This document shows, piece by piece, positions 52,856 through 64,000 of a DNA stretch of 64,000 nt. Made by a program: the position numbers and the translations under genes. The notes below the pieces were generated by a model. That model did no database searches and was not told the origin of the DNA. It was given only the letters and a program-made list of their open reading frames with translations. Positions within the stretch are counted from its first letter, which is position 1. The number at the start of each line of letters is the position of its first letter. Origin of the DNA: Orbicella franksi (lineage: Eukaryota); NCBI GenBank assembly GCA_964199315.1, contig OZ116698.1, forward strand, positions 18,352,001-18,416,000. Reading direction: 5' to 3'.

Positions 52856-55540
52856 CTATGTGTCTGTATTAGAATCTTCTCTGTCAACATAAAACCTCTC
52901 TTGGGAAGTAATCAGATTGACAATCTCATTTAAAGAGTCCACATTGAAGTCAGCATACTTCTTGAAGTCACCATTCTTTGAATCATTTAGCAACACTGTC
53001 ACTGGGAAAATGTTTACAGAGAAGAAAAATCAACCATGAATAAAGTTTACAAAGGCAAAGAAAACTTTCGGGAATATGAAAAGAAATAAACCATTACCAA
53101 TTTAAAATAAAATAGGTGAGTTTGCACTGACTACAGAGACAAATCTAATTAATGTTTTGGTACGAAAACCTTTAAAAGGACACTTTGGTCGACAGGGTTT
53201 GACCTAAACTAATAATAGGTCATGTTCAGTGTATAAATATTCTAACATGGCTCCAAGGCTTTCAGGACAAACTTCTATATTTGCTTTCTTTGATTCAGAG
53301 TCTCTTTTAGAAACTGGCCATCCTATTAGAAATAAATGAAGTTTCAAGGATGGGAGTGAGCCCCATTAACTGCATTATACAGAAATCTTTGACGACAAGT
53401 ATTCTAACCTGATCCTGCATCTTTGCCGCACTGTATGTCATTAAGGTGATCTCCAACCATAACAACACTCCTTGGATGCACTCCCCATTCCTTGCAAATG
53501 TGTAGAAGAGGAGCTGGGTCAGGTTTGGGTGGAGTGAAGTCACGAGTGAGGAACTGTATTAGAAGTACACAAAGAGATTTTTAGTAACTTATTAATAGTA
53601 CTAATAGTAACTAACTAGGTTTTTTACTAACAAGCCATGGATAAGGAAGGCTCTGAATGAACTCAGAATTTCAAACCGTGTCCTGGGGCCTGTTTCTCGA
53701 AAGGCCCAGAAACTTTTCAGCCCCACAAAGCCATTTTTAGTTTATCTTTTTACTAAAAACAGAGATGTGCATACGCCTGAAACTGCTTGTATGAAGAGAA
53801 CATCTGTTCATATTAAAAATATGTGGATAACACAGCTCTGTAACCATAAGGTTTGAGATTTTGCTACCGCTTTCCAGGAGCGAAAACTTTTCGGGACCTT
53901 TGAGAAATGGGCTCCTGTCAACATATCAACCTTGTACCCTGAGTCTTTCTTCCCCTTGACCAGTGGTTGGGAAATGAGCAACCCTGGAAAGATCTGATTT
54001 GAAGTCCAAAAATATCGAACCTCCGTTTGAATTGCACATGACTAACTGAGAAAAATGTGGCTCAATCAAGGCTCTGGTGTTTTACTTCTGCTCATTCACA
54101 TTCATTTGTTTTTAAAACCAATCAAAATCTAGCCTGTAATGGAACCCTCGAGAGTTGCTTGTTTCCTGAAGCTTGCGCAGTAAGGAACAAAGATTCGAGG
54201 AACGAGATTAATCAAAATATAGGACTTATCACAAATTCACTTTCACCGCATGCTATCACAGGATTTTTGGCTGAATCCCTTCAGTTTTAGACAGGCAGGG
54301 CTTTGGAACTCGAACTCAGGCAAATATACCAACAGAGTAGCCGGCCAATATCATGAAGGAGATGATGTTTTTTGCCTGGGGGGAAGGAGGGACTCCCATA
54401 TATAAAGGACGAGGTTTTTGTCTGAAATTTTGAAAAAGAATTCCTAACAGGTATCAAGATCCTATTTTGAGGGCGTGGCTTGGAATGTTTTTTACCGCTA
54501 AGAGGTACCAATTCTAAAACAGCACATTATCTCCTGGCATACTTCTTTGGCTCAATCCCCTAATAGGTACTGCAGAAGTTCCCACTGTGTCTCTTTTGAG
54601 ACACCCTAAGAGGTACTAAAATCATGTTTTTAACCCCTAAAAGCTACGACAAGCACCCCCCTCCCCCCATCGTATGACAAGTCCCCCTGGTGTCTTTTGC
54701 CAGCTACCAGCCATTTTTGACAATCTGATAAATATATATGTTGTTGAACTTCCACAGAGGGGCTTTTCAAGTGCACAAAATTTTTAAATGAAATAAATAT
54801 TTACAATAGTTGATAACAAAAAATCTTGAACTTGTGCATTAGCGTTAAACCAACAATAGGTTATGATCGGTCCTGACCAAAAGGATTGTGTCTGATTATG
54901 TCATTAACTTTTGTTTAAAACTAGTGCTAAACAAGAGGTACTTGCATGGAACAGCAACACTCCCTGGCCTTTTTTATATTGTCTCTTCCAATATACTACC
55001 AGTTAAGCAATTTCAGATCTGACCAGTCTCTTTTTTCATAAATGATGCTGATAGTATAGTTCTTACATGAGTCAGTGGACCACCATAATTATCAGGATGT
55101 CCCAACAAGTCCAAAAACTGATCAACAGATGCCTGTAAATTCCTTGTTATAAGAGCTCTTTTCAGTTCACATTGTGACAAAAATTTAAGCAGTTCAAATA
55201 CACCAGGTTGCAGCTTTGTATTCTTTCTTCCTTCCTCTTCAAATTCCTCCACCAGTCGGAGAGCCATTTCCTTTTCGCTTCCGGATTTTGAATTGCAGAA
55301 CTGTAAGATATCAACACCTTTAGGGCACTGAAGATCACTCCGGAGCTTAGCAAAGTCCAGCACTGGTAAAGTAAGGGTGCCATCCAGATCAAACACAATG
55401 CCATGAACTGGAATAAGAGTAGGCTGTTTTTTGGAACCAGTTTTAACACTTCTTCTAATTGAGTATGAAATTCCTTTCATCCTTTCACGCTTCAACATCA
55501 TGACTTGTTTCCGCAGGAAACAGAAAATTATTCCCAACAT
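52856..55540 (-). CDS. HAD-superfamily hydrolase (At2g33255/YOR131C-like), 254 aa
   Basis: Exons 55540-55067, 53553-53409 and 53001-52856 (765 nt). HAD motifs: I FDLDGTLT, II LITRN, III KPDP, IV MVGDHLND. The basic N-terminus suggests organelle targeting (inference). The start could instead be the ATG at 55501. Confidence 0.92.
53685..53915. mobile_element. about 230-bp MITE, copy 2
   Basis: Inverted homologue of 26791-27020. Confidence 0.8.
54376..54690. mobile_element. about 300-bp dispersed element, copy 2
   Basis: Inverted homologue of 52403-52699. Confidence 0.65.
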
Positions 55541-56625
55541 TCATTCGAGGTATTTCAGAAAATAATGCTGTCCAGGAAATCTATCAAACTTGAGAAATAG
55601 ATTTAAAATATTAAAATTGATATCACACAAGGAATCGGTGAGAAGACTGATCTTCACTTTTATACACTTTTCAACTCTAAAAGAAGACACCAAAGATGTC
55701 CGAAGCTATTTGGCCTTTGAGCATTCCTCTAGAAAATATCCACACCCAATATAAGGAGAAGTCATTAGAAATCTTGAAGGGGAAGAGGAGGGGGAGGGAG
55801 GTTCAAAGGCCTCTTTACCAAACTAGCAGTGTCATTGGCCATGCAGGCAACTACCATATTGGTTGAGAGAAGTCTACTCTGAATTTTGAAAGCCCATGAC
55901 AAGTTCCTGATACATTACATAATATTTATACAAATATGTGCATTTAAAAACTCAAATAATTCATAGTAAATAAGGTATTTCTCTTTTTGAAGACATGGAA
56001 GAATGAACTCTGCTAGTAAAATTGGCTGGACAAGAGCATGCCTCACTGTCGTAAACACCCAGGAGTAAACATAAGCTTATGCAATATACTTATGGCTCAA
56101 GCTACTCCCATTGATAAACTAGTTGATATTTATTAATTAATTAATTAATTAGATTTCTAATTATTTTGACAACTGTGAATGTCCTCTGGAATGTCCTTAA
56201 ATGCCGCGCCGTTGTCTCGTCCCAATCCTTTCTAGTCTGAAACGTCTCGTCTCATAATCCCTGCCTGATTTTCATGGAAAAACGGACTGCCGGCAGTTTA
56301 TGATACACAGGAAAACAAATCTTCAGAGTGATACATGGAAAGCAAGTTACGGGGTTTTAAAAAAGCTTAAAAAACCTTAAGACCTCAGCAAGATTTGTTT
56401 AAACCTGGGGCAAGTTATGCAACCCACAACAATCCTTGTGATTATACCAACCGCGAGCTCCGTGACAGCAGCAATCGCTCCGGAATATTCAAGGTTTCTT
56501 TGCAACTACATAAGTCGCTATTTAACTGGGATGATCTTCTTTCCCGTATTTCACCGTCGGTTAGCACATTCACGACCATATAAGCGAAAAGGGAAAATTT
56601 GCAGCGTTTTTTTTTCTTGACTTAC

Positions 56626-56982
56626 CTGGTCGGCCTGCCTGGTCTCTGTACCTGAACAAAAACAATTCCTCGTTCCCAGATCTTCGCTACGAAACGAGCT
56701 AAGCGGGGTTGACGGGTAGGAGGTAGGGGATGGGCTGGTGAATTCCAAAGGAACTCAAACAGAGGAATAAATGCTTCTTCTATGTTATGCTAACTTCGAG
56801 ACGGCGAATATGACAGAACTGCAAACGTTACCGGTTAGATGTAATTATTTGTAAAGGCTGAAGGGAAAATACGTTACAAATTATCAAACTTCGTTACGTA
56901 CCTACTCCTCCCTCCACTTTGTCGGAATGTTTCAGTATAGAGAGCTACTGGGTCGAGAAACAACAGGGCGCTAAGTTTCAAA
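56626..56982. promoter_or_regulatory. probable bidirectional promoter between the HAD gene and PMF1
   Basis: Minus-strand donor CAG|GTAAGT at 56626/56625 (likely non-coding HAD exon), CpG-richer sequence, PMF1 ATG at 56983. Confidence 0.55.
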
Positions 56983-59589
56983 ATGGCGGCGACCACTGAA
57001 GCAACATATGTGGAATCGAATTCTTCGTCGGAAAAGGACAGTTCATGCCTCGAGAAACAGGAGGAGAACGAGGGGAGACGCATGGTATTCTTTAGAAAAG
57101 TAATGAGGAAATGCTTAGACAAAATCATGGCTGCCGGAAGGTGAGTTCAAAAGCAAAATGAACACTGCAGTACTAGTTGAATCTGGACTGGTTTGTTGAC
57201 TTTTCTTGTCATAAACGAGCGAATCAGTGACTCAGCTCATATATCACGTGTATCAATCCAAAACTTATCAGCTAATTTCATTATCCTCTCTCTGTTCACT
57301 TTGTGTTGTTTTGCAGCCAGGAGAAGTTTGCCAGCTGTTTCACCAAAATAAAAGAAAGAAACCCAGATGAATTTAAAAGCATCATAGAACAACTGATGCA
57401 ACACCTCCAGAACAACATTGAGGTACAATTATTATGGCCAAGATGTATTGATCCATACCAGTAGTTTGACGTGGGTGGCATGTGATGTGAAAAATGTTGG
57501 CACCTAAGACACCTTAGGGTTCACCTGCTACCTCTGGGCCTTGGATGAGGTACTCAAGGTCCCTTCCTTCCCCTCCCCCCTACCCCTGAAGAAAAAAAAA
57601 AGATCAAAGTGTAAGAATGATCCCCACCCCCTAGTAATAACCTGTCTTTTTGCTACTTCCTTATAAATGCACCAACTTTCTTCTGAACCGTATATAATGA
57701 CCCCTCAAAGTTATTTTTGAAGCCCCTTCAGAAAATCTCCTCAGGAGGGGTGGAATTGCCCTCTTTCATTCTTAAAAAGTTCATTACTATACACAGTCTT
57801 CCTTTGCCATGGTACTTTTCCACAAAAAAGAGCATGCTTCCTTGTTTCCTTAACTTATTCGTAGATCTTGCTGCTCTTCATGTGCTATTTTTCTGCATCA
57901 TTGTTACTTTGTTTATGTCACATTGGGTAATCAAGTGATGGAAAACCAGTGAGGTTAAAGAAACAAGGCATAACTTTGCTATAATCAGCATCAAGTTCAC
58001 TGCAATAGAATTTTAATGTACCGTAGCAATGTTGAATGGTGTTTTACTGTTGTGTGATTTGGGTTCAGTGTCTAGCTGTTCTTGGTTACAAGTGTTATAT
58101 ATCAATATTTGTCTTTTTGTGTTCTGATTATAGAAAGAAATTGACTTAATGATTAAACAAGAAGATCTGGTATATTTCTTCAATGAGCTTGACCGTATCG
58201 TTGCAGCCTCTGATAAAGAAGACCCTCAACCTGCTTGGTAATAATTATTATTTTCTAAATTGTAGTATTTAATTTAATTGCATTAGTATACATTAAAATG
58301 GTTTTCTTTGTTCCTAATTTCATCTATCTCACAAGTAAATCTTTAATTCCAAGGAGTGATGGACATTATTTTAGTTTCTCCTTACAACATCGACAAACAG
58401 GAAAGGTGACAAGAACAAAGATAACTTACAGTAACCTTGTTTCCAAGGTCTCTAGCTGCTTCCAGGTATTCAGTTGAACACCTGGGAGAGGCTACAAAGT
58501 CTCTCTTCTTCCCAGTCTTGGGGACAGGAAGAAAAGAGATCCTCAGTGGAAACAATGACAAGATAACAGTCAATGACTGCATAAAACACATACCTGGGAT
58601 TGAGACCAATCAGAGTCAGACTAGACAAGAGTCCTTGTTTGTGAGTGACCTTTGTGGTTCTTCTAGCCTCTTTGGCAATGAAAACAACTATTCTTCATAA
58701 AGTAGTGATGACAATCAAACTTGATATACATTTCATTTTCAATAATTACAAGTACAGAAGCTGAACTGTTAGAATGGCAAAAGCTGTTAGATCTTGTGTG
58801 CTGTTGCGAGGGATGCATAAAAGTAAATGAATATTCAATAAATTAAAATAGATTTCAGTTAATGTTTACAATATACAGGAGGCCTTCAGGAGATCCAGAC
58901 AAAGATATAATTGACCATCTGATGGATGTGAAAATAGCTTACAAGGATCAACTGACTCACATCCTTCAACAGGTACAAAGCAGTTGCTGCCAACCATTTT
59001 AGCTATGGATTGCCTGTCCATCCTATGACTTTTAAAATTATTTTAGTATTTGCAGCTACCCCTGTTCCCTTACAACAGTAGCAAGCATTTCTCTTTGCAC
59101 TCAGTTTGTTCTCTGTGGGAAATGTCAGATATATAACCCCCCAAAATTCCATAGTAATGGAGTACCTATTGACAGAGATGAAGGGCTTATACGAGAATAG
59201 TTTTGGCTTGGTTATGAATTTTCGAATGATTATACACGTGTGGAAAGAAATGATTATGATGATCTAGGATGATCTTTCTATTCTTTAATGATTTTCTTAG
59301 TAGTTGATGATCTTTTGATCTTGTAAGGTGGAAAGTGACAACGACAGACTAAAAGGGGAAGTCTTACCCAAGAGAGAGGAATTGTTAGAGACTGAGAGAC
59401 GTCTGAGTGAAAAAACAAATGCTTTAAGAGAGGTAAAAACAAATATTCTTTTTATTTCAAATGGATCAGGTCTGTTGATTTATTGTTTTCTGTAACTTTG
59501 TCTTTTGGTTTTTGTAGGCAGCAGAATACTGTGAAGCAAACAATTTAACAGCACTGCATGAACAGTCTCTGCTACTACTCTCAAAGTGA
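56983..59589 (+). CDS. PMF1: polyamine-modulated factor 1 / Nnf1 (MIS12 kinetochore complex), 212 aa
   Basis: Exons 56983-57140, 57317-57422, 58134-58237, 58879-58972, 59328-59432, 59518-59589 (639 nt). Motifs KIMAAGS..F..CF and PAWRPSGDP; coiled-coil C-terminus. Confidence 0.88.
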
Positions 59590-61506
59590 TCAAGAGAGAT
59601 TATAGGGAACTTGAGTTGATCTTTATTAGTTTATATTAAAATGTGACCTCTGTGCAATTGCATCAAATGGAACGACTACTAGACGTAAAACATGCATAAC
59701 TCTAGACTAGGTGGTCTGCATATGTCAGACATGTACAAACTGTATGTTGTTATTGCCTTTTCACTCATCAAAATACTCTATAAATAATTAACAATTTTTA
59801 CTTTAATTTATAGTATTCTGTTTAGTACAACTATTAATAACATTTATCATAACCAATATTTCCCGTTCAAGTCTTCTCCCAAATAAATACTTACAACAGT
59901 ATTGCTAGTTATTGCCTTCATTTTCCTCTCCTTGAATCTATTGCTGTTTTTCACATGACATTGTCATATTTTAAAATAAAAAAGTCACCTTATCTTTCCA
60001 AGGTTTTAGCTCCATCAGATGCAAGACCCTCAAAGAACTTAATACTTTACAAAGTTGTAGCTTGAAAGGGTACTTTCCAAGCTTTTGTGTTGTGTGAAAT
60101 TAAAGTGGTAGCCCAAGCAAACTGACACTGTCATGCTTCTGAGGCTGCAATGATTTTACTTAAGAAAGCTATCTGTCTTGTAGGTCAAACTTATCTTTAA
60201 AGCTCTTGCTAACTGAACAGTCCTTGCATGAAACAGATTATTTAAATCAATGTGTTGGAGCTCTAGAAAAAATAAGTTTTTGTTTTGTTAGCCTAACTCA
60301 ATCACAGATGTTTATGTTACTTTCTAAGGGGCACCGACATGGCATAGCTTGAAAACCAGCAATACTGTATTTATAGTCTGCTGGCTGGACTATTAGGCCA
60401 GATCTCAGTCAGTGTTACATACTTTTAGAGACCATGGCGCTTTGCTAGTCATGCAAGACATTAATTGTTCCACGGTGGCAAAGGAGGGTTGTAAACATCC
60501 TGTTGCATCTAATCAAACTTCACAAGTCATACAACCCTTCTTCCTTTCTTGTATTAAATTCATTGTTTTGGGAGTCCAAATCATACATAACTGCTTTCTC
60601 ACTCTTATTTCCCTTTCTGTTGTAAAATGAAAACTACTTTTACTTTTTTATTTTTATCAATTAAATAAATAATTTTTTCAACTTGCGATTACACCCACCA
60701 AGGCCACTACAGCAAATTCTTTGCAAATTGACCAATGGCATTCTAAAAGTCTTAAAATATTTAGTAATCAAAATGACCACAAATCTGTTGCCTTGTTAAT
60801 GTACAACTTGATTACATGGGTTATTTGTTGGAAAGCTATTGTTAAATTTGTGGAAAATTTTGTCGGGAGGCCTTGGTTAGAGCACTAGCATTTTAAGTCT
60901 TTGCAGCCGGTTTCCTTTCATGGTACTGCAAATATTCTCTAAGTGATTTTTGCATGGTTCAAGAAATATTGAGGTATTAATGGAAACCTTTGACCCCCTT
61001 TCCTGTACATTAAAAAGAACAAATGAAGAAAGCAGGTAATGATAATAATTGGCTTAATCATGTGAATATGGACAATTTCATGAAGAACCAAGTTCACCTT
61101 GTCATGAGGAGTCATTCAAACTACATGAAAACGAATTTGGATATTTCTTTGCCCAGTAGAGAATTTTAGGGTCAATTGAGATGAACATGGTTGTTTTAAA
61201 TTTCTTAACATTTCTTTAACGAGATACAATGCACTTTATGCCAGAGTGTAATTATGTAGCTTCTTTTGATTTATCTGATCAACTATGCAATAGATTCTCA
61301 CTGTTAGGTTGTGCAACATGCACACCAGAATGCACTGGTATCACATGCAGCTTTATATTTAAATGATATCAGAGTTCTGTTTAAAACTGTCTCCATGGCA
61401 GTGTCTTGTGGCCATCTCCAATCTCACCCTAACAGCGCTTGTGGAAACCCACACTGTAAGAGTCTTAACTCTTGAAGTGGAATCCATAAAAAGACATCTT
61501 TTGAAA

Positions 61507-63708
<2,202 letters not shown>

Positions 63709-64000
63709 CTATCAGTAACCACCGTAATAAATGTGCTGGGAAACTACAATGTGTACAATGCACAATGTGTTCAGGAAGATATCTCCAATAATCTCATCTA
63801 AAAAAAATTCTTGATTGTGATTGGTTCTCTGCACACCTATATGTCACATAATTGATGCGCAATCACATGGGTGTACAATTACAGGTATTATTACAGGTAC
63901 CTACACCTTTTGCACATCAATTATGCAAGCTTGAATGTCTTCCTTCTTAATGTTCCTTACAGTTTTTACAACTTATGAAAACCACTTGTCTACTGGCTTT

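Noticed and set aside
58437-58700. 87-aa ORF in a PMF1 intron
   Set aside because: Overlaps a common short repeat, and flanking PMF1 exons join in phase without it

Overview
Intron-rich, AT-rich animal genomic DNA. The repeat families and gene structures point to an anthozoan cnidarian, most likely a stony coral (inference). I assembled seven protein-coding genes by hand from GT-AG exons whose phases close: PDE8 (minus, 17 exons, 3' end runs off the left edge), a divergent unassigned PRD-like homeobox gene (plus, 374 aa), PIAS (minus, 17 exons, 561 aa), SLC25A38 (minus, 10 exons, 288 aa), a HAD-family hydrolase of the At2g33255/YOR131C type (minus, 254 aa), PMF1/Nnf1 (plus, 212 aa) and the 3' end of PIK3C3/Vps34 (minus). 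Introns and spacers hold many non-autonomous DNA transposons, tRNA-SINEs, an L2/CR1 3' end, an RTE-derived element and a Penelope-like remnant with inverted pLTRs. The leads most worth following are the homeobox gene, the Penelope remnant with a degenerate hammerhead-like motif, an unexplained spliced micro-exon transcript at about 48.8-50.3 kb, a cluster of long hairpins at 51.2-52.2 kb, and perfect CRE sites upstream of PDE8 and PIAS. I found no convincing evidence of a wholly new multi-gene system. All homology calls come from recognising translated motifs, not from database searches.
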